From Octopus vulgaris (Eukaryota): a DNA stretch of 64,000 bases. Of the stretch, positions 1-13,284 are shown one piece after another. Position numbers and translations under genes: made by a program. Position 1 is the first letter of the stretch. Each line of letters starts with the position of its first letter. Location of the stretch: the NCBI GenBank assembly GCA_951406725.2, contig OX597815.1, positions 80,786,001 through 80,850,000 of the forward strand. Direction: 5' to 3'. The notes under the pieces were generated by a model. That model saw only the letters and a program-made list of their open reading frames with translations. It had not been told where the DNA came from and made no database searches.

Positions 1-495
1 GTAATTGTGAGTCAAATCTTCTGGAAGCCGAATAATGGAATGGTGCATTAAATTGTGTGATGTATTACAGAATTATTAATGCTTGTCCATCATGTGTGTC
101 TATGCATGTATGAATTGTTGGATGAGAGGAAAGATAAATGGATATCGCTTTCTGTGTATGTGATGTACGTATATATGTATGGAAGTTGTTTGTGTATATG
201 CATCTATGCATGTATGAAGATATGTACTTATGCAAACATATCAACGGTGGCAGAAAAAGTTTGGAATTATATGCAAGACAAAGCAATTACTGCTAAATAA
301 TACAATACGAAATGTAAATTGTGTTGTCATTGACTCAACACTTTCTGTAACTGCCTTGAGCAGAACTAAACGCAAATGTGTAATATATGTTACTTTAAGA
401 AAAAGTACATGTATATAAGCATATATTTAGTAATATACATTAAAACATGCTAACACACACAAACACATATATATCTTTATATATACATATACATG

Positions 496-521
496 AATAT
501 ATATATATATATATGTATATG

Positions 522-580
<59 letters not shown>
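496..580. repeat. (TA)n/(TATG)n microsatellite
   Basis: Direct reading. Confidence 0.95.
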
Positions 581-582
<2 letters not shown>

Positions 583-1250
583 AGAATGTACAAAAAAAAG
601 GACGAAGACGGGTGTGTAAGCAACAAACAGATGTATTAGTTTAACGCTCAGGAAGTAAGAAAGTCTTTTACGTTTCGAGCCTACGCTCTTTGTCAGAAAG
701 AAACAGAGAGAGAAAATAGAAAAAGGTTTAGTGGCTAGCGATCTATCATGGCAAATGCCGGACAGAGGGGTCACACAGGAGAACCAGGAAGAAGGAGAGA
801 TAATAAAGTAGTGGTAATCCCAAAACGAGGGTGTGCATGTATATATGAGAGCGTGTATGTGCGTGTGGAAGGGGGATGGTGACATTGACGTGTGTGTGTG
901 TGCATGTGTAGGTGTGTGGATGATGGTGTAGGTGCTGGGACGCGGTCAGTGATAGTGTGTGCGCTGGTGTGGGTGCTGGGAAGTGGTCAGTGCTAGTGTG
1001 TGCGGAGTGGTGTGATGTGGTGTGGTATGGTGGTGTGTGGTACGATGGTGTTTGGTGTGGTGGTGTATGTGGTGGTGGGGGAGAGGTGAGAGTGAGGGAA
1101 GCAAGGGTGGGGTCTTATGGATGTGGTGGGTGGGATGGGATTATAGGGATGGTGAGGTTGTAATATGTAGGGTGGGGTAACGAGGGATGGGGTGACGATG
1201 AAGCGCACACATACAAACACGCACCCACATATATTTAATCTGCACATGCA
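581..1250 (-). mobile_element. PLE 3' end/pseudo-LTR-like repeat with hammerhead, followed by GT-rich low-complexity UTR-like tract
   Basis: 581-720 matches 3480-3635 and resembles 10160-10235+12665-12790 and 38833-39020; contains hammerhead core; abuts (TA)n. Confidence 0.65.
665..700 (-). ncRNA. Minimal type I hammerhead ribozyme motif (G8 mutated)
   Basis: Minus strand CUUU-CUGACAA-A-GAGC gtag GCUC-GAAA-CG-UA-AAAG; stems I and II pair. Confidence 0.7.
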
Positions 1251-1584
1251 CACCTGTTTTCTTTTTCCCCGAGAGAGAAGATGGGATGGACGATGTGGTA
1301 TAATGTTAAACAGTGGTTAGAAAAGACCTTCAAAGGCTCTCTAATTCCTGCTTAACGCGTAGCCCTTCAATCAACCATACCTAACTTTTTCTGTTTTTGA
1401 GTTTTCTTTTCAGAGTCAGTTTCATCAAATCTACTTTTCACGCGTTCATTCCCTTAGCATGTTCTTGGAGCACGGAGCAACTTTATTGAATATGTTTCTA
1501 TCTGAAGATGCACCTTGCTGATAATGTCTATGACAGGCTTAATAATCGTGGACAGATGCTCGAAGCTTTTGTTTATATAATAAA

Positions 1585-1976
1585 CTAGCAGTATCGCCCG
1601 GCGTTGCTCGGGTTTGTTCCGACCCTTTAGAATTGGAATTATTGAAAAGTAAAAATTTTGCATTATGTAGCTTGTTATTCTCTTGAAGTGAACATTTTTC
1701 TGGTTGAAATACACCGAAAAATGGCGACGCAGCAGTCAAAAAATCGTAAAAAATAGGGATTTTCATAGCAAAAAGTACCTTTTTGATGTTAATAATTTTT
1801 TATGTTAACATGGTCCGATTTGAATTTTTTTCTTCTACGGAAGGAAGAGCAAACCTTCTTCTATCATACTCTCAATATTGGTTAACTTGCGACGCAGGGT
1901 CTCGGACGAGATAGTGTTAGTTGAAGGCTATCAAACCTGCCACACACACACAGACAACATCAGCTTTATATATAGA
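1585..1976 (-). mobile_element. Non-autonomous Helitron
   Basis: Minus strand starts TCTATATATAAAG, ends with CCCGAGCAACGCCGGG hairpin plus CTAG; inserted between A and T with no TSD. Confidence 0.8.
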
Positions 1977-2282
1977 TTTCCTCATTCTGTTTATAAAAAT
2001 GGGTGGTGTTTACCGATATGTAAATTTATTGTAATTTGCTATTAGTGTTCATTGATATTTTAAATTACATCTCACTAAACATCGAAAATTTTCAATAAAG
2101 CTATCCATTTTATGCCTATCTTTTTTCTTCACTTCATATAAGCATGCCACTTTCAAATTTATTTCAGAGTGCATGTAGAATATAAAGGTACACCAGCTGA
2201 ACCGATTCGGCCCAATCATAGCTACACATACATATGTCAGGGCCCCCATCCCCCCGTGATTCATAATATAACAAGGAATATT

Positions 2283-2679
2283 CTTTTCTACACTAGGCAC
2301 AAGACCGGAAATTTTGGAGTAGGGGGCCAGTCGATTAGATCGACCCAATACGCAACTGGTACTTAATTTATCGACCCCCAAAAGGATGAAAGGCAAAGTC
2401 GACCTCGGCGGAATTTGAACTCAGAATATAAAGACAGACGAAATACCTATTTCTTTACTACCCACAAGGGGCTAAACACAGAGTGGACAAACAAGGACAG
2501 ACAGACGGATTAAGTCGATTATATCGACCCCGGTGCGTAACTGGTACTTAATTTATCGACCCCGAAAGGATGAAAGGCAAAGTCAACCTCGGCGGAATTT
2601 GAACTGAGAACGTAGCGGCAGACGAAATACCACTAAGCATTTCGTCCGGCATGCTAACGATTCTGCCAGCTCACCGCCT
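2283..2679 (-). mobile_element. Dimeric tRNA-derived SINE (MetaSINE-like core)
   Basis: A-box TGGCAGAATCGTTAG, B-box-like GTTCAAATTCC, core GCCTTTCATCCTTTCGGGGTCGATAAA twice; TSD TATAAC(A/G)AGGAATATT at 2267-2282 and 2680-2695. Confidence 0.9.
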
Positions 2680-3340
2680 TATAACGAGGAATATTTTAAA
2701 ATTACAGTCGCAGTTTTACGCACGGCGTAATGAACAGAGGATATTTTAAAATAACAATCATAATGATTGGCGAAAAATAAGTCATTTTCAAAATAATGGT
2801 GGGATTATTTTAGAATAACATTCCTATTATAATAACATTTTCCTGATGCTCACCATTATGCTAAAACCGATTTCTGTTATAATGGCGCATAATTTGCAGA
2901 AGCCTGGCTCATGCATTCTTAAAATCGAGTGATATAACCGCACTATTGCAAACAAGATGAAACTCTAAGCACGTTTACCGACGATAGAGTACACCTTTTA
3001 ATTTACTTTCATTACATTGAACTTCCACATGATATAATTTTTAAATTAGTGGAATGTAATTCGTGTTTGCTGATGATACCTTCATGGAGTTAATATGTCT
3101 ACATTTTAGACGTGTTATCGGACATCTTTCTCCGATCAATAAACGGAAAATACAGTTTACAATCCATGCAGTTATCTATTATATAAAACGTAAAACGCAT
3201 TTTATACAGTCTTCTAATTTCAACTATATATGACTAGGTTCGTTGTCTCATCGTTTACTATACTACGTATTCCATAATCAGATAGTTTTACGCCTTAGTT
3301 TTATTGCGCAATGATGATGATGATGATGATGATGATGATA

Positions 3341-3465
3341 ACAGGGACAGCTAAGATACTTAGGGAGGTCCTTGGAAACTATAAGGTTACCTGTTGCCCG
3401 ATGCTAGGAATTTTTCGTTTCAAGCAGTCTGATCTTTGATGCGTATATGAAACGTGTGAAATGTT
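3341..3465 (+). mobile_element. 3' tip of R4/Dong-like LINE
   Basis: GTAKILREVL, the same C-terminal motif as at 41.8 kb and 59.7 kb; preceded by (GAT)n. Confidence 0.55.
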
Positions 3466-3573
3466 ACAAATATATAGAGAGTTGAAATTTACAGAAAAAA
3501 AAAAACAAAAGACGAAGACAGGTATATAAACAACAAGCAGGTGTATTAGCTTGACGCACGGGAAGGTGAGAGT

Positions 3574-3609
3574 CTTTTACGTTTCGAGCCTACGCTCTTC
3601 AACAGAAAG
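3574..3609 (-). ncRNA. Minimal hammerhead motif in second pLTR-like copy (3480-3635)
   Basis: CUUU-CUGUUGA-A-GAGC gtag GCUC-GAAA-CG-UA-AAAG (A6->U). Confidence 0.65.
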
Positions 3610-3738
3610 GAACACGAGGAAATAAACAGAGAGAGAATATATATATATACACATGTACGTATGAAATATATAGTATGAAATGTTTTTAAATAAAATTTAA
3701 TAAGTGTTGCATGCACAAAAGTACTATAGAATACTTGG

Positions 3739-3812
<74 letters not shown>

Positions 3813-3814
3813 CA

Positions 3815-3960
3815 ACGGGCTTCTTTCAGTTTCCGTTTACAAAATCCATTCACAAGTCTTTGTTCGGTGTGAAGTTACAGTAGAAGACACTCGCTGAAGG
3901 TGCTTCACAATGGCACAGGACCTGGAACGAAGTAATTAGAAAACAAATTTTCTACCACAC
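3815..3960 (-). mobile_element. 5' half of CORE-type tRNA SINE (octopus OR-like)
   Basis: Similar to the full copy at 62113-62520. Confidence 0.75.
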
Positions 3961-4485
3961 AATCATTCTTGCGTCTCTGTATGCACATATGCATACATAA
4001 ATACACACACACACACACACACATACACACACACATACACACTCACATACACACACACATACACACACATATGTGTTTGTATATAAATAGATGGAAACGC
4101 AGACAGACAGACGGATAAACGATTTTATGTATAAATACATGTATGTATGTATGTATGTATGTATGTATGTATGTATGTATGTATGTATGTATGTATGTAT
4201 GTATGTATGTATGTGCACGCCTTCTTCAAAGTTTGTAATCATAGATTGTATTTTCAGTGAAATATCAGAGTGAAGTAGGCGACTGCTTGAAGCTATTGTT
4301 AATTGTTGCTCTGGCTGAGAGATAAAATTATTTGTTCTTGTGAGAGGATAGAAAATATTGATGTTGCAAGCTATCAGTGAATTTCTCCGATAATCAATAG
4401 AATAAAATATTAACGTTAACTATTGCAACTGCCAAAGCGTGTCTTCATTATAACAAAAGCTTGCAATCTTCACCAATAATATATA

Positions 4486-5986
4486 CTAGCAGAAAGACCG
4501 CTCCCGGGCGGTTTTCTGCTAGCCCCTTGATTATGTTTTCACATTTGATTCCCAATTATAATAATTATTATATTTTACGTCTAATTATTTCTTTGTATAA
4601 TAGTGCTCACTTGCTTAGTAAATTATTATTTTCATTATTTTATTACAGTCACAATCTCTCTTTTCTTTTTAAAAAAATAGATATCACGGTAGTCCAACAA
4701 CAGAAGGAGAAGCAGTTTGTCAAGTTTTACCTTCCCCTCAAAACACCATAGAGATTTCAATTCAACAGCCCATTTATAAGCTTTGCAATATGCATGTGTG
4801 CGTGAGAGAGAGGGGGGAAGAACATTGCAAACAATGAATGAAATAAACATGAAATTAAAAAATAGCATAAATAAAAGGGCATTACTACAGATGTATACGC
4901 CCCCGACTTTGTTGCCTCATAACATCCAGAAAACTGGATACGTTTTAACAAAATTTTCTACAAATACCGCTTAGATGTAGTAGCTTTAGAATATGTAGGG
5001 ATTTATGGGAAATAATTTTTCCGAGGGAGTGGAGAGTGGAGTTTCGGAAAATTCACACGATTTGAATTTTTTCCCTCACAACTTTCAGAAAGATGGGTAT
5101 CTTTTAATTAAAAATTATACAAATCCCTTTCAAACGGCATAGATTACGATTAGCAAGAAATTTGTGAGGAAAGTTTTTTCGGGGATTGTCCTCATTTTTA
5201 AATGATGGGGTTGGGGGGCATCTTTGTATGAAAAAAGCTTTGAAAACTCTCTTTTTTATACCCCACTCCCTCATCATCCCACTCCCTCCTAGTTTGGCTT
5301 TTTTCACTTCAAAACCCTGGGAAGAACATTTTCGGTAAAAAAAAAAATGTTACAAATTTCAGAGATAAAAATGAGGGCGATTTTGCTGTTGTTTCTAGCA
5401 CATCCAGAGACAACCCACCTCGTTTCTTTATCTCTCTCGCATGTATTGATGTTTTTCAGTATTTCAGTATTTTTCAGTATTACATTTATATGCTATAGAA
5501 AAGAGAAATTTGAGAAATTGTGAATTTTTTGCAACTTCACTCCCTACCCCCGATTGTTTCTGTTTAGAAATTAAAATATTGGAGAGCCTGAAAAGGTCAT
5601 TGTTGGCATTTTTCCACAGTGATTTTAAAAAAATTAATTAATATGCAGCATCGGAAGGCCGTTATCAGTAATACAGTATGAAAATGCATTTGCTTATTTC
5701 TAATCAAGAGTGGTCTGTCCATATTTGAGCCTGTAATGTTCGTATTTCTTCTTTAATTTGTAAAGACGTCTTTCAGGAGATGCGACATGATGAATGCTAC
5801 CGGACACCATGGCTTATATAACTTCAATATTGAATAAAAATCTGGGTTTTTTTCACACTTATAGAAAAAATCCGTTTCTAGATAATTGTAAATTGCACAC
5901 AATTGAAAATATAGAGAGTTGTAGCTTAGGCTTATTATGAGCAGGTAACGTCATTGACAGTGGCAGATTGAACATCCGCTAATAGA
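4486..5986 (-). mobile_element. Probable non-autonomous Helitron (~1.5 kb)
   Basis: CTAG plus hairpin CTAGCAGAAAGACCGC/GCGGTTTTCTGCTAG at the left end; candidate 5' TC (TCTATTAG) at 5986; A^T site. Right end uncertain. Confidence 0.5.
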
Positions 5987-5996
5987 TATGTGCATA

Positions 5997-6815
5997 CGTA
6001 GTCTGGTCAATAAATATCCAGACTGTAGCCATAGTAACGAAGCTAAAGTACGCAGAGTAAAGCCGCCCGACACATATTGACCTTCAACTCTACGGTACAT
6101 GCGCACTAAGTTTTAACGCTGTAGCTCAGTTCTGCTGTCTACTGCAGTGCTTGGAATGAAGGTGAGTAACGTGTGATCATCGCATTGACCATAACAGAGA
6201 AAGTTGAGCAGAGAATCTGCATCAAATTTTGCCAAAAGCCCGATACCTGCTCAGAGGTCTATGCATAGTTTTCAATAAGTTTTCATCGTTCTCGACACAA
6301 TCAAGGAGTTCTTCTGCAATTGCGAAACCCGAGTGACTTTTTGGTCAGCTGAAAGCAGTTTTGGCACAAACTTGGCCGACACGCATCTCATACCCAAATA
6401 TTCGGTGATAATGGTCTGAAATGAACCGTAACTAATCTGGACATCCTCTGATAACTCATGGATGATGATTCGACGATTTCCTCTCACAGCTGCACGCACA
6501 TCGATATTTTTCTCAGTTCTACTGGTTGCGGGTCACCCAGAACGTTCATCAATATCGACATTTTTCGGCCATCATAGAAACGTCTGAACTACCGGTACAT
6601 TTGTGTGCAGCTCATACACTCCTCTCCATAGACTTTCTGTAACATTGCATAGGCCTCTGATCAGGTATCACCATGACAACTTTCTCTGTCGCAGTTAATG
6701 CGATGATCACACGCTACACATGCTTCTTCCATGTACTGCTGTAAACAGCGAAAGTGAGCTAGAACGTCCTTTGGTTTCATTATTATGGCAACAGATACTT
6801 ATTGATCAGACATCG
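5997..6815. mobile_element. Mariner-derived fold-back non-autonomous element
   Basis: TIR CGTAGTCTGGTCAATAAATATC / GATACTTATTGATCAGACATCG, TA TSDs; minus-strand transposase piece with SAKFVPKLL (WVP motif); plus-strand start EQRICIKFCQK. Confidence 0.9.
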
Positions 6816-7205
6816 TACACACGAGAACGTGCAAAGAAGCAATTAAGCATACATACATACATACATACATACATACATACATACATACATACATACATAC
6901 ATACATACATACATACATACATACATACATACGTAAGAACATACAAACAGTATGGCAGAAAGACTGGCAGATAGACAGGCATATCGACAGACAGACAGAT
7001 AGATAGATTTATTGATTGATTGATTCATGCGTACACACAAGCGATATACGATAGAAATATTTTTCTATGCGTAAACTACTCTAGTCCTGTTCACGGACAT
7101 ATGACTGGCTGACAACACATTCTCAATGCTTATATTTGTGGCAATATCTTCATACAATTGAAAAAGAAAAAAACATTGAAAATAAAATCAAATCGATATA
7201 CTGAA

Positions 7206-7267
<62 letters not shown>

Positions 7268-7283
7268 GTATATGTATATATAT

Positions 7284-7415
7284 ACGATGGGCTTCTTTCA
7301 GTTTCCGTCGACCAAATCCACTCACAAGTCTTTGGTCAGCCCGAGGCTATAGTGGGAATCACTTGCCCAAGGTGCTCGGAACAATGTGGTTGGGAAGCAA
7401 GCTGCTTGCCACACA

Positions 7416-7420
<5 letters not shown>
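7284..7420 (-). mobile_element. OR-like CORE SINE 5' part
   Basis: Matches 62355-62515. Confidence 0.8.
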
Positions 7421-7885
<465 letters not shown>

Positions 7886-8845
7886 CATTGCTATTGCTAG
7901 GCTTCCCGTTTCTGGTTCATTATCTTGGGTAGTTTCTCTTTTTATAAAAATAACGTTTTATCAAAGTTTTACACGAAATATATTCTTTAATATTTCTAAT
8001 TTGGATTTGCTTTGCAAGATTCTTTATGTGAGTTCGTGTGTTGAAGCTTTTCCTCAGACACAACAGAATATTCTTTATTGATTTCAGTCTTTGAACTGCG
8101 GTTAGATTGGGATACTACTTTCTGCAGTACTTCAAAGGCAAAAATCAACTTGAATGAGACATACGCCTTAATATTTACCATCCACTATCATCCAGATATG
8201 GATATATAGAGATTTCTGAAGAAGTTTGCTTCTCGACCATATGGTTCTGGGCTCAGTCCCATTGCAAAACATCATACCTTGAGCAAGTGTCTTCCACTAT
8301 AGCCCGAGGCTATGGAAGATAGAAGCCAAGGAAAACCTTATGAGTAGATATGGTCGACAGAAAATTATAGAAGCCAGTCGTATAAATATATATGTGTATG
8401 TATTTGTGTGTGTGTTTGTCCCCCCACGTCACCGCGTGACAACCGGTTCACAATGTTCACATTCGTGAACAATAGTAGGTGGTTCTCCAATATGGCCTTA
8501 GCTGAGATGGCTAAAATAATATTCTCGTTGGACGTTTGAGTTCAAAGGGAACATATCGATGGTTCAAACGGTCAAATCAACGGTTCACAGAATTATCGAA
8601 CGTAAAAAGTGACTAGAGGGATTTATGCACATGACATTTAAAAGTCTGTATTGTGTCTGCTGAAATGATTCTGATTGCAATTTATGGGGGGGTTATTTCA
8701 TGAATAATTCACCCTAGAGAGAAAAACGCACTCCATTATCGTCAGAACTTTGTGCCCATAGACTGTGACTGTCTTCTACCACCGCCTGTATCCAAATTGT
8801 TTCCTGTAACTCCCCAAATTAGATATTATTCCCTAGCATACTTGG

Positions 8846-8879
<34 letters not shown>

Positions 8880-9068
8880 GTCTCTCTCATTCAAATTCTG
8901 TTACACACACACACACACACAAATAAGCAAACAAACAAATGTGCACCCTTAGTACCATATTTATAGTACTACATATTACTCATTTCTTTCGAGAAATTTG
9001 CAATAATCTTGTACTTTGAAATACTTTCGCTATATTTGAAAAGTATTTAAGCCCACTCTCTCTCCTTC

Positions 9069-9103
<35 letters not shown>

Positions 9104-9260
9104 GTCTTTCTTTCTCTCTCTCTCTCTCCACACAAACGCACAGTTGCATACATGCACACACATATATACACATACACACAGATACAATCATATATACACA
9201 CATACATACATATGTGTGTTTGTGTGTGTATGTGTGATTGTGTATGTGTGTGTATGTGTG

Positions 9261-9292
<32 letters not shown>

Positions 9293-9480
9293 AGTTTAAA
9301 GGGATATATCATCCTGACAGTTACTGTGTTTTCTCTTAAATCGGTTTCAGATGCCGGCTAACCACAACGGTCCTTTAGTGATACCCGAGTTAACAATAAG
9401 CTGCTAGGCTCTGATAACTATTCTCGCTTAGTAAATCCCTGTGCCCGATCCAGGACTGCATAGCTTCCGTAGAGTAAGTA

Positions 9481-9728
9481 ATAGCATTGATAATGTTAAG
9501 GAGAATGGAGATTTTTCACATCCATAATTCTATTAAGTAGTTACTTACAGCATCCTTTTGCTGGACCTTACGCGCGTTTCAACAGCATCTACTGTACACT
9601 GTCATATATGCAACTTGGTGTCATGGTCAGTGCAGCTGAAACGTGCGTAGGTCCAGAAAAAGACGCTGTAAATAACTGTTTAATAAAATTATGGATGTGA
9701 AAAATCTACTTATCATTACTAATACTAT
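9481..9728. repeat. Imperfect fold-back palindrome (MITE-like)
   Basis: 9509-9581 is the reverse complement of 9637-9707; weaker outer match 9481-9500 vs 9709-9728. Confidence 0.85.
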
Positions 9729-10387
9729 ATATATATATATATATAGTATTAACTGGTAGTTAATTTATCGACCCCGACAGGATGAAAGGCAAAGTCAACC
9801 TCGGCGGAATTTGAACTCAGAATGTAAAGACGGACGAAATGTCGCTAAGAATTTTTTCCGGCATGCTAACGACTCTGACAGCTCACCGCCTTATATATAT
9901 CTTAATAATACTAAAACTCTAGAGATATTTGTGAAAACCCGAAATATATTAGAAGTACAAATTTTTGTGATATTTGGACCTCTATTTATAAAGGAAAACG
10001 ATTAAACACAATTCTTGCTTATTATTTCTTGAAAAAAACATGGCTTCCGTGATGTCAACACACATACATATAATGAATGTCACTGCATATATATATACAT
10101 AGTGTGTATATATAAATATATATAAATAAGTGTATTTATATATATAGGAATATATATAGTCAATTCAAAGAACAGAGAAAAGAAAACGTAAAGAAACAAA
10201 CGTTAGGACGTAGCACAAGCAATGTGTTAATGGACCTATATCAGTTTTTTTCAGTCGCTTTCTCTTACTGTTTATATTATTTGATTCTGCTGATTTCTCG
10301 TAACTCTCATTTTTTCTTGACTCTCTTATTTGTCAAGTGGGAAATTTTCCGTATGTTTATAAAAGCTAGAAAGTTTCACTTTATACA

Positions 10388-12627
10388 TTAATAACCATAT
10401 GGTTCCATTGGACCCTCGAATTAAATTCAGACAATACCATTGTCATGCTAAACAGAATAAAAACAGTATCAAATATTATTTTCCTAGATATTTATTATAT
10501 ATAAAATAAATAATATTGTATTTAATTTAATTGCTGAATTTTAGATAAAATAGGGAAAATTATGAAAATATTTCTGTAAATTTGTCTGGTATTGCATCGT
10601 CTTCAATCTGCTAGGTTATAGGGTGATGCAATATTTCTATGTGATGACGCAATTCTTACAATATATTGCATTTCAGGAGAGTATAAATATGTGAGGGAGC
10701 AATATCTGCCTTTAGTCTGCTATCAAGTTTCATATAGTTCAGTTGTGTTTTCCAATATGCCTAGACGTGAAAACTTGAGTGAAGACCAAATATCGAAAAC
10801 GTTATTGAAATTAGATGAAGAATGGGAAGAAGATAGTAGTGATTCCTCTGAAGGTGATGGTGAAAGTAACTGTGTGCTGGACAGTTTAGATTCTGTGTCA
10901 TCTGATGATGAAGATACTCAAAAACGATTATCTGCAAGCCACCTAATTATGAATGAGTAATATGTTTCTGGAAACAGACAAAAAGTTTGGCATTCTAATC
11001 CTCTTGCAATATTGTACGCCAAGAATGTGGACCATCCTGCTTTGCTAAAAGATCTTGCGATAGCATTGAAACATGTTTTATTATCTTTATGCGCCAGGGT
11101 CTTCTGAAGTAATTCGTAAATGGATAAATGTTGACGGTCATGTTGTTTACAGAGATAAACGGAAGGAAATTGATCCCTTTGAACTAAAGAAATTCATGGG
11201 ACTGATCATTCTTATAGGTGTTTATAAATCTTAACAAGAAAATGTCGCACAATTATGGAGTCAAGATGGCTGCCCAATATTCGACAAAATTATGAACCGG
11301 GGGAGATTTCAACAGATTTTACAAGTATTGCATTTTGATTATGCTAATGCAAGAATGAAAAGAGAAGTTATGATAAATTGGAGCCCACAAAAAAAGTATT
11401 TGAAATGTGGAATCAGAATTTGCAAGATGGATATGTTCCAAGTTCATGCATGACAGTTGATGAACGATTAGTTTCATTCAGAGAGCGCTGCCCATTCAGG
11501 GAAATATAGAATTAAAAATTGGGCAATATGCGACAGGGAAACATCTTATGCCTCGAAAATGCAAATCTACACTAGAAAAGACCCAGTAAAAGGGAAAGAG
11601 ACAAATCAAGGTTCAAATGTTGTTAAAGACCTAGTAAAAGAACTTGAAAATACTGGTCGCAATATAACTTGAGATAATCTTTTTACAAGTTTGGGATTGG
11701 CTCGAAAGCTTCTTAGTAAGAAAACTACTTTAGCTGGAACAATTAGAAAGAACAAAATTGAACTTCCAAGTGCTTTCACAAATGGGAAAGAAAGAGAAAT
11801 CCACAGTACTATATTTGGATTTCAATATTTGGATTTTACAAGTGGAAAAGAAAGAAATCCACAGCACAATATTTGGATTTCAAAAGGATTCTATGATCCT
11901 ATCTTATTGTCCCAAGAAAAAATTATATAGTCACACTTATGAGTACAATGCACTCTCAGCATTCAATTGATTCAAAAAGTGCTGAAAAGAAACCTGAAGT
12001 TATAACATGTTACAACAAAACAAAAGGAGGAGTAGATACCCTAAATAAGATGGTAAGGACATACACTTGCAAAAGAATGACTCGAAGATGGCCTATGGTT
12101 ATATTCTACATGATTGTTATAAGTGCAGTGAATGCTTCCATTGTTGCTAAACAGCTTCACTTGCAAAGTTTCAAGGATAAAAAAAGACAGTACCTAATTC
12201 AGTTAGAAAGGAACTTGCTGGAGTTAATGATAAACAAGAACATGACAAACAATCTTCTAGTTACGCTAACATTTCTCAACCAAACAAGAAAAGAAGACGA
12301 TCTTCAACCTCGTTTGAGATTCATAAGCCAGAGAAAAAACGGAAAATGTTCTTTCGTACTACATGTAAGTATTCTAATATCCATGTTTGCAAAGAACATT
12401 CCAATGTTGTCTTCACTGTCATGAAGAGCTGTAATTCTGTATTTTTGTAATTTTTAAAATTTTTAATAAATTCTGTAAGCTGTATTTTATTTTATTAAAA
12501 TTTGTAAGAAACAGTAATTCTTCATTCACCTGATAGAATATATAATGTAGCTAAGAAATAGTGGTAGTTTGAATAAAATTTAATTAAAAGAAAAATATTG
12601 GGTCTATTGGACCCAGTCAGTAATTAA
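10388..12627 (+). mobile_element. Decayed piggyBac transposon
   Basis: TTAA at 10388 and 12624 next to inverted GG(T/G)TCCA(T/A)T(G/A)GACCC motifs; transposase remnant inside; exact termini uncertain. Confidence 0.85.
10757..12430 (+). pseudogene. piggyBac (PGBD-like) transposase pseudogene
   Basis: Acidic N-terminus; MTVDERLVSFRERCPFR; GRNIT*DNLFTS; GTIRKNK; KKPEVITCYNKTKGGVDT; RRWP; C-terminal CKEH; many stops and frameshifts. Confidence 0.93.
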
Positions 12628-12692
12628 TGACATATATTTTCTTTGGTAGACCAATGGATAATATGACGCTCGGAGAAAGAAGAGAGTTTGTT

Positions 12693-12727
12693 GTTTTGCG
12701 TTTCGAGCATAGCTCTTCATCGGAAAC
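12693..12727 (-). ncRNA. Decayed minimal hammerhead motif
   Basis: GUUU-CCGAUGA-A-GAGC uau GCUC-GAAA-CG-CA-AAAC; stems intact, U4 and U16.1 mutated. Confidence 0.6.
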
Positions 12728-13067
12728 AGGAAAACAGGGAAATCCAAAGGAAAAAAGGAAGAAGGAGGGAAAAAATCGCCAACAGTCCACGTGCGATTAC
12801 ATTTGTATGTATATATGTTAATATGTATGTATATATGTATGCATGTATGTATACTGACATACTTGTCGATCTATCTTTTTATCTTTATATCTGTTGCAAT
12901 ATCACTAGATACATATATAATGTGTGAATGTGCATGTTTGTGAATATGTGCGTGTGTATGTGTATTTGAAAGTATGCGCCCTTCATTTACATGAACACTA
13001 CATTCACATGTAAAATTCAATGTATATACAATATATAGAACATAATATCTATATCTATACATATACA

Positions 13068-13284
13068 TGACGGAGTGCTGAAAATTTCCTGACTTTGGGT
13101 AAAAGAAGACACAGAAGGATCAGTTAATTATGATTTTATTCATCATATTCCCCTCTTATATTCACACACTTATTGTAGAGATCCTACAGTTTTTCTAAAC
13201 CATGTAAAAGAACTCGGAAGATTGGGCCTATAGTCAGGCCTTTCACGATAGCCTTAAAGCCAGGAACTGTTCAGCACTCCCTCG
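13068..13284 (-). mobile_element. Mariner-derived MITE
   Basis: TIR GGAGTGCTGAAAATTTCCTGACTTT / AAAGCCAGGAACTGTTCAGCACTCC; interior is the antisense transposase C-terminus; second copy at 56942-57146. Confidence 0.85.
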
